Origin: Phoronis australis
Taxonomy: Eukaryota; Animalia; Phoronida
Length of the DNA stretch: 64,000 nt
NCBI GenBank assembly: GCA_002633005.1
Contig: NMRA01000150.1
Span: 437,707-501,706 of the forward strand
Direction: 5' to 3'
The notes beneath the pieces were generated by a model that worked only from the letters and a program-made list of their open reading frames with translations, searched no databases and had not been told where the DNA came from. A program made the translations under genes and the position numbers. How positions within the stretch are numbered: the stretch's first letter is position 1; each line of letters begins with the position of its first letter. This document shows, piece by piece, positions 47,401-59,371 of the stretch.

Positions 47401-50167
47401 TATGAACATTGTAATGGAGTGGATGTATGAACATTGTAATGGAGTGGATGTATGAACATTGTAATGGAGTGGATGTATGAACATTGTAATGTAGTGGATG
47501 TATGAACATTGTAATTGTAGTTGCTAACGTAATTGCAACACTTCAGGCATTGACCCAAATTGATTGTTCTGATAAATGACCACCTCTGTGTTTAATGTCC
47601 GTACTTGGGTAATATTTACCGCTCACTCGTTTATTTCTGAGTTTCTCTGTTTTGTCATCCTAGGCCTTAATCCGGACGCAAACGCAGAGCAATTTAATGA
47701 AGTTTCAGCCCTTGAAAGGGCCGAAAGTTTCAAGGCAGCAATGCGACTGAAGAGGATGACGTAAGCATCTGACTACCTGCAGTTTAAAGTAAATCATCTC
47801 GGTGAAGTTGCTTGTCCCGTTGTGGTATTGAAAACAAACTATGGAACGCGATAAACAGACCTAATTGCAATATTGAGAGTCATTCTTTGCCACAGAAACG
47901 GAATCCAAACTGCTCATCAGGTAGGGTTTCTTCCTAAGGATTTTTAATTTCTGTCGATATCAAAGCATTTTCTTTTAGTTTCAAATTTCAAGGAAAAAAC
48001 GATCTGTCAATTGCTTGGCACTTCGTCGGCTTTTCTCCCACAAGCCAAAGCACGTCTCTTTATTTGGTATGGCAAGACATAGACCTAGCACATTTCCCTT
48101 AAATGGAAAATGTGACTTATGAACTCAAGCAACTGAATGTGAGTGCATGCACGCATTTATTATAAATGGTAAGGAGAATACAAATTTTGTGAAAATCAGA
48201 ATAATTATCCGCGCGTATGTCAAAAATCTTTAATTTTGTGATTTTCTGGATTTTTCCTCACAAGTTAAAGTGAATTACTCTTTACTAGACGTTTCGTGGT
48301 GGTACTTTCTTCACGAATTGTTTAAAAGGTATTTTCGCGTTCCATGCCTCTTTAAAATCAAACATGAAAGCCAACAGAAACTTCAAATGTGAGGTTGAAC
48401 CTAGCTGAGAATAAGAGTGGAATATGCAGGCCCTACATTGCAGGGATGGGTGGGTCCTACGCTACAGCAATGAGTGTAACCTACATTACAGCTGTCGTCG
48501 ATCTTTGTTCAATAACAGTAGAATGGGTGGGCCGTACGCTACAGCCAACGTCGATCTTTGAGCGCGACCTCAGGACAACTGAACGTCGGCGCTTGTATAA
48601 CTTACTCGGTATCTATTAGAGGCTATATGGTGCAAGCTGCGGTACCAAACCATGGCGCTTTACAGGAATTATTTAAATATGCTATGTACTCTATTGAAGG
48701 CCATGGACTTATATTCAAATAACATGACGCCGCGGGCGTTTATCCAAACAACACACCGTACCATATTTTTTCTGCTAATCACAATAACCACTATAAATAC
48801 TGCTGAAACACGGAATAATATCAACAACAACAACAAAAAACAACAACAACAAACAACAATAATAATAATAAACTTCATTAAGAAACATGCTTTAGCCACA
48901 GGCTAATATACAGGATGGTCCTCTCACAGCAATAAATTAAATTAAATAAATTAAACAAGAAATCCAGTTACGTTAAATAAAATGAATATTTTACAAATTG
49001 AATTTACAAATTGAATTAAAGATAAATTAAAATCTTTATATGGTATGTACAATGAATTTTATAGAGAACAAGTGACTGGAAACGAACGGAGGGACAGCTA
49101 TGATGACCACATCCACAGGTAACTGATGAATTTGTGTCTGACGTCATCATAACCATCAGTCTCCTTTAGGCTATTTGTTAAATCGTTCCATTGTCAAATA
49201 GCTTGAATAAAATTCGAAGTTCTGTGTCTGGGGACAACAAAATTGTTTAAGGAAGAAAATCTGGTCCGGATTTGGTGTCTGTTTCGAACGAGTAATACGT
49301 TACGAGAAAAATAAGTTGGTACATTATTGTGAAAACTCTTACGCACCACACACAGAGTGACGCCTATATGTATAGAATATATATCAAAAGGCAGCCATCT
49401 CAGTCTCTTAAACATATAAGTTGATATAGTGTCAAAAGGCACACCGAGAATAAATCTGGCCGCCTGCTTCTGAGGAGGATGGATAAAGCCACGGACATGT
49501 CATGTCATGTAAATCCTTGCTTCAACCAGTCTATGAACAGGTTGAATAAATGAAACCGAACAGCCCCGCCGTTTTGTGATTTAAGATATCACGTGAGGCC
49601 CAACGACACCTGTGGAAGAAAAGTGTTTGTATTTGTCTGGCAATTTTATTTTAGTCACTAATTTTGTTTGTGGTCGTCTCAGTTGAAAACTGTTGGAATT
49701 TTCACACGTTTTATCGGTAAGGTTAATTAAATGGTTTAGTCAATAAAACATTTCATTAATTACCTTCGAAACAATATACGATATTCAGGACTGATTCAAT
49801 CAATGATGTACAACTTATGTTCATCCTCCGTAAATACGAGAACATTTAAATCAATTTTGCCTCTTCAAATCAAGCCGCGTGAAAATATTTCGCACGGGCA
49901 AGATTACGCGGAACTTCAGTAGAAAGAAAATTGTATAACACGTTTTCTTAAAAACATGCTCTATTTCCATAGGATAAAATCCTAAAGACAAGTGTGATCA
50001 AATTGCCTGGAATCACCTTCAGAGAGCATGACTACAAATTATTAAAAGTTCATGTCTCAATTTCTTGGCAATTATAAGAGCAAAAACGTTAAACAGACTA
50101 CTTTAGCTTAGAAATGTATTAAATGTTAACTTACCGAAGCAAACACAAATAGGAAAAACTTGGTCAT
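26431..50167 (-). CDS. Secreted protein: signal peptide + unrecognised ~170-aa domain + 4 Ca-binding EGF + MAM (nephronectin/EGFL6-like architecture), 495 aa
   Basis: Exons (minus) 50167-50135, 47067-46886, 43852-43693, 42988-42793, 39028-38906, 37699-37577, 37116-36994, 36272-36153, 35742-35651, 30083-29847, 26529-26431. All are GT-AG, phases are compatible, total 1488 nt. Signal peptide [18 protein letters not shown]; four phase-1 D(V/M)(N/D)EC cbEGF exons; MAM motifs [11 protein letters not shown]...[10 protein letters not shown]...LSVYV...[14 protein letters not shown], then TGA and AATAAA. EGF and MAM exons are firm; linkage of the four 5' exons is inferred from phase. Confidence 0.8.
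26785..27000. repeat. 31-bp subterminal minisatellite, ~7 copies
   Basis: Unit ccaacacgacactgggctcctgatccaatac. Confidence 0.9.
26995..28381. repeat. ~690-bp near-identical tandem duplication joined at N 27689 (probable assembly artefact)
   Basis: 26995-27688 and 27690-28381 differ by only a few SNPs or indels and are separated by a single N. Confidence 0.85.
31017..31160. mobile_element. Short MITE with CATGGGCGG termini and an internal duplication
   Basis: catgggcggcgcacc...tccaccgcccatg, with two copies of ggg..gggg...agcccccactttttcagt. Confidence 0.55.
38418..38460. repeat. (GCAC)n/(CA)n microsatellite
   Basis: gcacgcacgcacgcacacacacacacacacgcacacacgc. Confidence 0.9.
39345..39780. 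repeat. Dispersed repeat, homologous to ~45030-45350
   Basis: Shared tgacacagcgccacctatac...tatgcactg...gcaactattcaagt...cgccatact...agccaa/aaccaat...agccat blocks. Confidence 0.6.
40600..41000 (+). mobile_element. Kolobok-like transposon 5' relic with THAP-domain pseudogene (ATG 40792)
   Basis: [16 protein letters not shown]...[10 protein letters not shown] [frameshift] [14 protein letters not shown]...TICSK has the THAP C..FP..W..C pattern. Upstream 40630-40750 is homologous (inverted) to the interior of the TTAA element at 57255-57687. Confidence 0.65.
42167..42308. mobile_element. Small MITE with terminal inverted repeats
   Basis: cgttcagtagacgctaggaccta ... taggtcctagcgttactgaacg. Confidence 0.6.
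44434..44988. mobile_element. Second TTAA-associated non-autonomous element family (Kolobok-like); other copy ~47830-48355
   Basis: ttaaagaggcccgtaacgc...cgcgttccatgccta. About 500 bp collinear with 47840-48355, which ends cgcgttccatgcctctttaa. Confidence 0.7.
45430..45560 (-). mobile_element. LINE reverse transcriptase micro-fragment
   Basis: [15 protein letters not shown] and [11 protein letters not shown] resemble RT motifs GIFLDLSKAFDTVDH and LKWFSSYLSNR. Confidence 0.6.
47312..47515. repeat. 25-bp minisatellite, ~8 copies
   Basis: Unit aatggagtggatgtatgaacattgt. Confidence 0.95.
48860..49475 (-). mobile_element. CR1/L2/Crack-group LINE 3' end relic
   Basis: [28 protein letters not shown]...[11 protein letters not shown]...HQIRTR...VPR...WNDL is typical of the post-RT C-terminus of this group. 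Confidence 0.75.
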
Positions 50168-51949
50168 TTTTGTCTGTTAGATGTTTCCTTCGGATTGTGT
50201 CTTTTCTAGCTTGTTACCGATCTTGCTTTGTCCACTTTCAAATCATTAGCGTGGGTTTTACTTACAATGCAATTCAGACGATTGGGATCTGACATTACAT
50301 ATATGCGTCACCTGCTTATGAATAATGGGCGCTTAGGGGTGTTTTCTCTGTCATTATTAGTATTTCATCGTTATTATCTCATTCCACAGTCAGAAGGTTA
50401 TTACTAACGTACCCATTTGAGGAAAATATGAACTTCAAGATTTTCTTTCATTTTTCCACGCAATGAAGAAAATGCGTTATTTTTTTCATATATTCGTAGT
50501 AGGAATGTGTATTGCGATTACTCAAAATACTTCATCACTTTGAATGACTTAAGTATATAGTGTGTCGACATATATAGCGCGCTATTCTATGTTGATGGTC
50601 GTGACCATGGATACAGTGTCTATATAGAGTCTATATAGAGTGTATATAGAGTCTCTATATGGTCACAACTATCAGTGTAACAAGAATAGAAACTAGAGCC
50701 TGTAATTCGACTAACCAAGAAGCGAGACGAACGCTTTATAGAATATCTTTTTCTATTTTGATTTGATATGTCTTACACCTTGAATCTTGTAATGGACCAA
50801 GGCCAATCAATGAACGTATATTGTATTTAATGAAATACCTTTAGGCATTCATTAGCGTTAACAGAATTATTAAAGTTTGACAATAATAAGTAGCGTTCTA
50901 AGACTCATGTTCATACTGAAGTCGTTCAGCATTTAATTCCAAAATTCAATGCGCCAACGCCAAGGATATTTGTCGAGTTTGATATATGTAACCCCCTCTT
51001 GTTGCAACAACAAACTGCACATGGTTTCTAGAAAGTTCTAATGTTTCAAGTTACGTTTAGCAACCGTAAGAGACGAAACGTGGTGTAATTACAAAATTTC
51101 ATCATCTGTAATAGAATGGCTGCAGGACACTGAGGGTATTGAACTGGAACCTCGTTGTACAACACTTCAGGGCGGCAGGTGGCGCCGGTGGATTATTAAT
51201 AAAGATGCGTTAGCCAGATTTATTTGAAAGATTTATGTAATATTTTTGATGCTGGCCGATGATCACGAATTGTTGTGTCGCCTCTCCGAGTTCCTCCCCC
51301 CTCCGGAGAGGGTTCCGCATGTACACCCCTCAGGCTGTACACAAGTCCGTGCCCTGACTGTTGCATACTTCTGTATGACTAACTATAAATTGCTTCACAC
51401 TAGTTCAAAGGCTTAGTTTTGATCCCTTATATTTACCGTCTGTATTAATGAACTTATACGCACCGACATTGTGTTCCCCTCGTATTCGTCACTGTCTTAA
51501 TCTTATTTTCTTAACTTAGAATATACAATACTTGTAAAATCTTGCACCTCCATTTTGGTTGATATGAATTCTTTTCAGACTGGTCATGGTTCACATGTAT
51601 CAGTCTTATCATCGTTTACAGCATTATTCTTAAGAAATCGTTTTTGGTCAGTGATGGGAATTCGTATAAATTACTACAACTGGTGAAAAAAATAGATCTT
51701 ACATTACAACAATCGTTGATATTAATTTTTATCAACATCTTATATCGTATCAATACCAATCTTTATCAATATCATATAGGCCTACCATATCATACAGTAT
51801 CAATTTTTATCAACATCATCATGCCAATTTTACAATATGACTCTTATCAACGTCTTATATCATGCCATACCATTCGTAGAAATAGTCAAAATTAATCTAT
51901 TTTAAGAATCATGTATGATAAATTTTATCAACCAAAATTGCTTGTATAG

Positions 51950-52210
51950 CCTACACCTGTCGTACACGCGCAGATATAATGCCTGTGTACACCTGTCGTA
52001 CACGCGCAGATATAGTGCCTGTGTACACCTGTCGTACACGCGCAGATATAGTGCCTGTGTACACCTGTCGTACACGCGCAGATATACCAGTAGTGCCTGT
52101 TATAGGCCTACACTGACTTCATGTGCAGATACAGTGCCTGTGCACAGATGTCGCGGTGCACGCGCAAGTATAGCGCCTGTATACGCCTGTCGTGCTTACG
52201 CAGATATAGC
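51950..52210. repeat. 36-bp minisatellite upstream of UQCC1
   Basis: Unit tacacctgtcgtacacgcgcagatatagtgcctgtg, ~4 near-perfect plus ~3 decayed copies. Confidence 0.9.
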
Positions 52211-52570
52211 GCCCTTTCTTGGTCAGCTATAAAACATATGCTGAAAAATGTGGACCTCGCCAAAGTAGGGGCATCGGTCGGTTTGTGAACTACCAAAAAT
52301 TTGTAACATCTTGTATGCATAAATTCTATTGTGGATGAAAAAAATATTTTAACATTGTCAAATGAGGGTTATGGCCAGGGTGGCTATATATTTATTTAAT
52401 TTCGTCGTCTCTTTTGTAATTGATTAAAAAAGTAATTATCTGATTTAATACTATATAATTATGTAGTACGACATCGCCAAAAACCTATCCCCCGACTTTG
52501 ATATCGGCGAGACCACAGCGCACTCTATTGAATCAACGAGTACTTACCGCGACAGAACGACATCTATTGA

Positions 52571-52590
52571 TCAAGGTGAAGGTCACTTCC
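52571..52590 (+). promoter_or_regulatory. Candidate nuclear-receptor (ERR-like/DR0) plus ETS element in the UQCC1 promoter
   Basis: TCAAGGTGAAGGTCA overlapping CACTTCC, ~130-145 bp upstream of the ATG. Motif match only. Confidence 0.3.
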
Positions 52591-52714
52591 ATGTAGAGTG
52601 TTGTGTAACGAGTTACACCGTTGTAAAGTTATTTTCTCCGTTCCTCCTTCACATATATACTGGACCTCAATGAACCTTTAGTTGTTTGTGTGTTAAACCT
52701 TAAGTCCAAGGAGT

Positions 52715-55700
52715 ATGTTGAAGTCGGCAATGCCACTGTATGCCCGCTGTTTGGGTCACCTGAGGGTAGAAAACTGCTGTCGATCACTCGCCTCGGTCAC
52801 AGCACCTGCGATGAGACTAGTCTTACGTGAAGACGAAGCGTCTGTATCCTGTAATTTACCGAACATTGCGTATCATAATTTCTGTATCTCGAATAGAGTG
52901 GATAAGCGTTTCCAGCACAGTGCTGCTGTCAAAGGTGGCAACCGAAAGCAAGGCTTTCTGTCGCGCTTGCTGGAGTCTACGGGTTTCAAGGCAGAGCGGA
53001 TGCGGTATCAAAAATCAGTTCTAAAAGTTGCTGGCTGTAATCTGTATGTGTGTTTAACAACATTTGTGAACTATGACGAGTTTATGAAAGAATTTGGTTT
53101 GCCCGACACTCTTAATTCCTGGTTTAGAGTTAATGAGCTTCATATGTGGCTGACATCAGTTCGACTCATGCAAGAGGTACGTTACTTTAAGGCAACTTGT
53201 AAGGGGGCTGTTTTTGGGTTCCTGATAAAACATGTGAGGCTGTTTGGCACTAGTCGGATATAATAGAGCCTTACTTATGCAAAATAAATCATTAAATGTA
53301 CTCCACAACTCCACATGAATGATTTTGGTACCGTTGCTATTCCTCAGACATGTGGCTATCTGCCAATATCCATTTCATGACCCTCAATTACTCTGGTTGA
53401 AAACTATGGTATTGCGAAGTTGGTCCACTTCAGCCATGCAGATTATCAATTCGGCAGCCATTTCAGGGAACTTACTATACCTACCGCCATCTATTGGTGA
53501 TCTGCTACAACACGTGCTGTTCCTTTTTCACCAGTCTTGAGTGGGTCACTTTGGTGGGCCTCTGTGACTTTAATGTAGTGGACCGATCAAGATGAAACTT
53601 GGGGTCTGACCATTTGGAGGATTGGCCTTTCAAAAAACAGAAAATAAAATTGAAGACAAGAAGTTTTTTGACTGAAAAAAATTTTGTCTCCAATTCTTCT
53701 ACCTTAATGTAGTGGACCGATCAAGATGAAACTTGGGGTCTGACCATTTGGAGGATTGGCCTTTCAAAAAACAGAAAATAAAATTGAAGACAAGAAGTTT
53801 TTTGACTGAAAAAAATTTTGTCTCCAATTCTTTTAATTTCAGAGTGACATAGAATGTTGAGAAACTAAAGCCCACCAAGTTTGAGTTCGATCGGATCATT
53901 AATAAGGTCACACAGTTTGATCAAATTTGAAAAGCGTCATTTTTAGACCTTGTAGCCGTGTCTGGATACAGGGATGAGTTGAAATTATTACTGGAGAAGC
54001 CATTTGTATAACACACTTTATTCGGTGCAGCATTGGCAAACGATAGAGTTACAGGTGAGGCAAAAAAGTGTCTGAACAAGCGTTAAAGGGTGAAACCGAA
54101 CAAGCGGTTATCTGCAATAAAGAAAAACACACAGTCTGAGTACTCAGCAAGTACTATATATATCAGAACGTTAAAAAGACTAGCAACAAAGACTATATTA
54201 CAGGCCTAACAAATACTACCTCGCTAACAATACACAATTAACTGGAACCCGTACTATCTATTCTACAACTGGGATCCATTACCATGCACAAACAACTACC
54301 TAACTGCGACCCATAACTATTTATCCTATGTACCGGGTACCGCTCAACATATACGCCAAACAAGCAGCTGAATGAAATTATACATTAAACAACAACTATA
54401 CACGCTCTGAACTTAGCTAGTAGATACACATGAGTACAACATGCTATGCCATAATACTCAGTACTTACAACAGTTTGGCCGACAGTCTGTGTTTAAGCTA
54501 AAAGTTCCAGCATCCGAGGAAAACACAAGATTCGCGTTACAGATCTTGTCAACGAATGCCGCTATACACGAGAAACGCTAGTCACCAAAACCCGCGTAAC
54601 ATACAGAGGCTAATACCTAATAATAGCCGACCGGTCAAGCTCATTAGACTATGCAAATGCTGTTGTAACCACTGGAATGAACCGGCTTACTAAAAGAAAC
54701 CAAATCACAGCGGCGAAAGATGTACTGCTACCTCGAAAGAAAATAAACAGCGTGATGAGTAAATGAAACACAATGACAGTAATGACTTTTTAGCACCAGA
54801 AAAGATTTTACCCCAATTTTAAAACTTATTTCATTGTTGGATAGCCCTTTACTCACTGACTCCAAAAACCTAGGTTGACACTTCTGGTGAGCCCTAATAA
54901 GTTCACATCGAGGGATCGAAGTTAGAAAATTGGGAGAGTCTGTGACTTTGACCTTAAATCTTGATCCTGAAAGAGAGAGTAACCTACTAATAATACACGT
55001 TTGGATACTTGTATTTTAACCATGCTTCAAAAATGTCTCGGTTCGGTAGTCTTCAGGTCACTGGTCATGAACATGCGAGTTCGCAAACTATGGCTCATTT
55101 TGACACAACTTTTCTGATATTTTGAAGGGGGTGGGTCAATTTTGGGCACTCCTGGGCCCTTACTAAGGCCGGGAAAAGTACAATAATTACATTTCTGGAG
55201 AGGAGAGACAGGGGGCTATCAGATGCACAAATAATTTTTGAAATCGAAAACAAAATAATTTTGGACCCCAAGAAGGACCCTTGGGTGGGTCACTTTGACC
55301 TTAGATAGAGGACCGATCAAGCTGAAACTTGGGGGCTGACCGTTTGGAAGATTGACCTTTCAATTAAAAACAGAAACTTTAAAATTGAAGACAAAATGTT
55401 TTTCAACCGAAAAAACCCTAAGCCAAGGGTTTTTTGAGGACCAAAAATTTTTTTGTCTCCAATTTCAAAAATTCTTTAGATCGACGTGGAGTGCTGAGAA
55501 ACTAAACCCCACCAACTTTGAGTTCAATCGGATCACTAATAAGGTCACATGGCAAGATCAAAGTCAAAAAACGTCATTTTTAGACTTTTTCGCGCCTTAA
55601 AAATTTTTGACTGATTTCAAAACTTCTTTTTTTGTTGGATAGCCCTTTACTTACTGACTCCAAAAACATAAGTCACCACTTATGGTGAACCCTAATGAAG

Positions 55701-58178
55701 TCTCAACCAGGGATCAAATTTGGAAAATTGGGGGAGTCAGCACATAGAAAATTTTGAGAATTAGGCGCAATCTACGCATCAACTTGGTCAGAAATGTAAT
55801 GTTTTATTTCTTGATCAATTAAGAAGTCTGGTTGTAAGCGAAAGTTAATACAATCCAGCATTTATTAAAAGGTTTAGAAGTAGTTTTGAAAAATCTGTAA
55901 TCTGTGAGATGCTCGTACCTCGAATCTATAACGATCACTGCCATTGGCGTACTCACAAATTAAATGGCAACTGAGGTTTGTGTTACATACAGGGCAGGGA
56001 GGCAAACGCAGAATAACTGCAATGACTTTCGACATGGAGAGGAAGTTTTTTGCCTGAGAGTCTCACAGCTTGACAAGTTTAGATTATAGTATACATATCC
56101 ATGCAAATAGTGTGGTGTGACATCATCATGACATCATGATGACATGATGATGATGAGGAGAGAGTCTCACTGCTTGACAGGTTTATGCTTTAAATTCAGG
56201 CTGCTGATGGAACATTCATGAGGAAATGTTTTGTGGAAGCCATGTGGGAGGACATGACTAACAGAGTGAAATACCTGGGTGATACTTCAGCTGCACACCG
56301 TCGCAAGTCAATAGGCTTACTCCATACACAGTTTAAAGGTGAGTTCACTCCTGTTCATGGATACATCAAGTTACCGTTACTGTACATTGAGGGAAAAATT
56401 TGAACTCGAGCCTTAAAATGTTTCACTATAATCCTTTACAAAAATTTTGTGTGAGAATTTTGCTTTGATCATGATTTTTTTAAGAAAAACTAAACCCCCA
56501 CATAAAATATTTTTTTTATTGTACACAGAGAAACATGTCTCATGTTTTTGATTTGCGCTAAGACAATGGAGTTCAGCTGTCAAACTGGCTGTGGGAGTAC
56601 CTCGGAACTGACTGTGAGCGTACCCAGAGCTGGTCATGGGAGTATGCCTATGAGTGAGGTCGGGGAAAATCGTCCAATCCTGCCAGAGCTGGCTATCGAA
56701 ATTATTATTGGCCTTCTACCATTTGTTGTCTTTATAACAAATTGGGATTCACTATTACTGGGCGCCGATTTATTACAAATTGGACCATAGTGTATGTCCC
56801 AGTTTATTCCAAGATGTTTTGTTAACATTAGCTTTCTATTGTCACAATAGTTTCCATAAAACTCCATAAATAAGTGCATGTGGTTATGTGTGAAGTAGTT
56901 TTCCTTGCAATATTTTTCTTCTGAAATGTTCCACTTATAAGCACAAGCATCAAAGCTCCACAGGCAGGTTTGGGATTGCACCTTAACTGGTGATTTTTAA
57001 TGCTACATTTGTTACACTGCAACTTGTGACTAGTCTACATGGCTATTTGAAGACCGTACATTTGTGTAAATCGACGCAGAATTTGAATATTTTTTGCCCA
57101 ATATGCTCGGTCCTGGTGATGACGTTGTTCTGGTCTCTGAAATAGGTTTGATGGACTGCACTATGCTTCCCTTGGGTTAGACTTTGAATGTGATGGGTAT
57201 AGGATAAAGTAAGGCCAAACTGTTACTCAATTTTATTGCATCTGGTGGCCTGAGTTAAAAGGATACTAAACCCTTTTTTGATTCAACCAATCCTCGTTTT
57301 GTCACCTGCTAATACATCATTGACATTAATCTTGAAAGGTAAATGCAAACAATAACAATGTGTTGTTTGTCGGGTAAAATGGCGGCTTCGAACCGAAGGT
57401 GTGTCAAGAATGCTGCGTTCTGGTTGGTCAGCTAAGCCATCACTTGCGACAGATCAATTGGATATTACGGCCCTTGGTGGGTGGTCTTTTCCCGCAGTTG
57501 CTTTATAATTCGCTAAAAGTGTAAGCCACGCTTGCTCATTTAGCAAACTTTGAAAGTTTTCAAATTTTCTTCCAAATTTAGAGGGTTGTTTGGGGTTACA
57601 GAGCGTTATTTTGTTTCAGAGAACTGAATGGGAAACTCTTTTCTAGAATCTGTTTATAGGTCAAGACTGGGTTTGGTATCTTTTTAAGCAATCAAAGTGC
57701 ATCACTGAAACATGTTGCATAAAATGTCTGGTTTAATGAATGCTTTTATTGTGATGTGTTGCAGTTGTTACATGTCAACTTTCTCAAGTATTTGTGTGAT
57801 TATTCTCATGATCTCTGTGTTATCTTCTTCATATCACTCCACCTGTGTGTTTCAATTTACAATATGTCGTCTGCTCCTCTCACTTCAGCCTCCCTGCTGG
57901 CTTATGATGAGGGTCTCCTAGGTGATGATCATGTGCTCGCAGGCGCCATCTGGAGGACATTCTTTGAAATGGACTGTGAAGACATTAGGAAAGTGGAGAG
58001 ACTGGTGGTGTACATACGTCGACAGCTGGCTTATTTAGAGTTGCAGGACTCGACATTACTTCTCAAACGAGGACTGCTACCTTTCTTGGAACTTAATCAG
58101 GAGAGCGAGAGTACAGAAAAAATACAGGCTGTCTTGACCGAGATAGAAAAAAGAAATGTTTCTGAGCCCACAGAGTAG
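52715..58178 (+). CDS. UQCC1: Ubiquinol-cytochrome c reductase complex assembly factor 1 (CBP3 homolog), 296 aa
   Basis: Exons 52715-53176, 56200-56338, 57889-58178 (891 nt, GT-AG). Motifs FGLPDTLNSWFRVNELHMWL..VRL, MWEDM..R, AYDEGLLGDDHVLAGAIWRTFF, LVVYIRRQ. Arg/Leu/Ser-rich presequence-like N-terminus. Confidence 0.95.
53545..55745. repeat. Internally repetitive interspersed element in UQCC1 intron 1, with a 133-bp exact duplication (~53570-53830) and an unrelated insert (~53950-54785)
   Basis: Recurring gggtcactttgacc / ggaccgatcaagctgaaacttgggg blocks. 53705-53950 matches 55300-55585, and 54790-54940 matches 55585-55740. Confidence 0.6.
57255..57687. mobile_element. TTAA-flanked non-autonomous element (Kolobok-like), copy 3, longer variant
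   Basis: ttaa-aaggatactaaaccc...gggtttggtatcttt-ttaa, with an extra internal segment homologous to 40630-40750. Confidence 0.75.
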
Positions 58179-59371
58179 TGAGGGGGCCGCTTTGAAGAAC
58201 AGTATGAAAGAGATTAGTTTGTGTCTAATTAGTACTAATTATATTAATACACTGATGACAGACTTACCTCTGACCTCACCCTGAGGGTGGATGCAACAAG
58301 CCATCACACCCCTGGTATCAGACCACCCAACCATTACCATGGCAACCTGCCATTTTGGTTGACTTGTCAAACAGGTTGAGACTGGGATATAATAGATTTA
58401 AATGTGGTGTGTACATTTGGTTATTAAATATTGTTTTATAATGAACCTTGTGGTCATTATTGAGTGATGGTAGTTTTGGAATAAACTACCTTTTAATTTT
58501 CACAAAATTAATCCTCCCTCTGTCTAGGACATTGTCCAGTCTTCTAGATTTCATTATGTGAAACTTGTTTACCTCTGGTGGACAGGTCATATGACCATAT
58601 TACTGGTCTCATGACTAGTTTTACTTTGTGCTGCACAATGCTGAAATGTTGCCTGTCTTGATTGCGAGTAGATATTCATTTTTAATCCAATGCAGTTCTC
58701 AGTTGTATTTTGTTAGAAATAATGTTGCTTTCACATTGGTGTCAACACTTACAATCACCGTTACAACTCCTCTGAAGTGAATGAGTTACTGAAGGTCAGC
58801 ACTTTCCCGTTGTGTGGACAGTTAACATAGCTGAATGGTGGTTTAGAGTCTAGGTTGGACAATTGTGACCATGACAATTCAGACTACTTATGTCTCTACT
58901 TGTTTTATCACAGATGAACTTTACTATTCAACCAGTGGTTCAGTTGTGCCTGTCTTGGCCCCTTTTCCATTTTCTGGCAGTCAATTTCAAAGAAGAGAAA
59001 TTTTGAATTAGCACCTTCTTGAATTTGTGCCTTCTCGGAATGGCATGCCTTCCTGTTGTATACTGTCTGTCACTCAAAGTATTGTGTGCATGCTTCTTGT
59101 TCTGGGCAGTGAGGATTTGAATCTGTTGTTTTGTACTTGATGGACTCACTTAGAGTTGGCAGTGTTGAAAATCTGACAGGATGTATTGTGTACAATCTTA
59201 ACGTCACTGTGTTCGAGTAAGCAAAATGAAACCTTGTGATTGGAGTTTAATCCATTGAGGAAGTGTCTGATCCTTTTCATAGACAACTATAGTAAAACAC
59301 ATCAATTCAGAATCAATGTATAGCTTCCAGATCTTGCGGTTGTTCATTGCCAAGGTCAAAACTAAAATGAT

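Noticed and set aside
1576-58178. Functional clustering of two mitochondrial genes (SLC25A26, UQCC1)
   Set aside because: They are ~39 kb apart with unrelated genes between them, and there is no sequence evidence of co-regulation.
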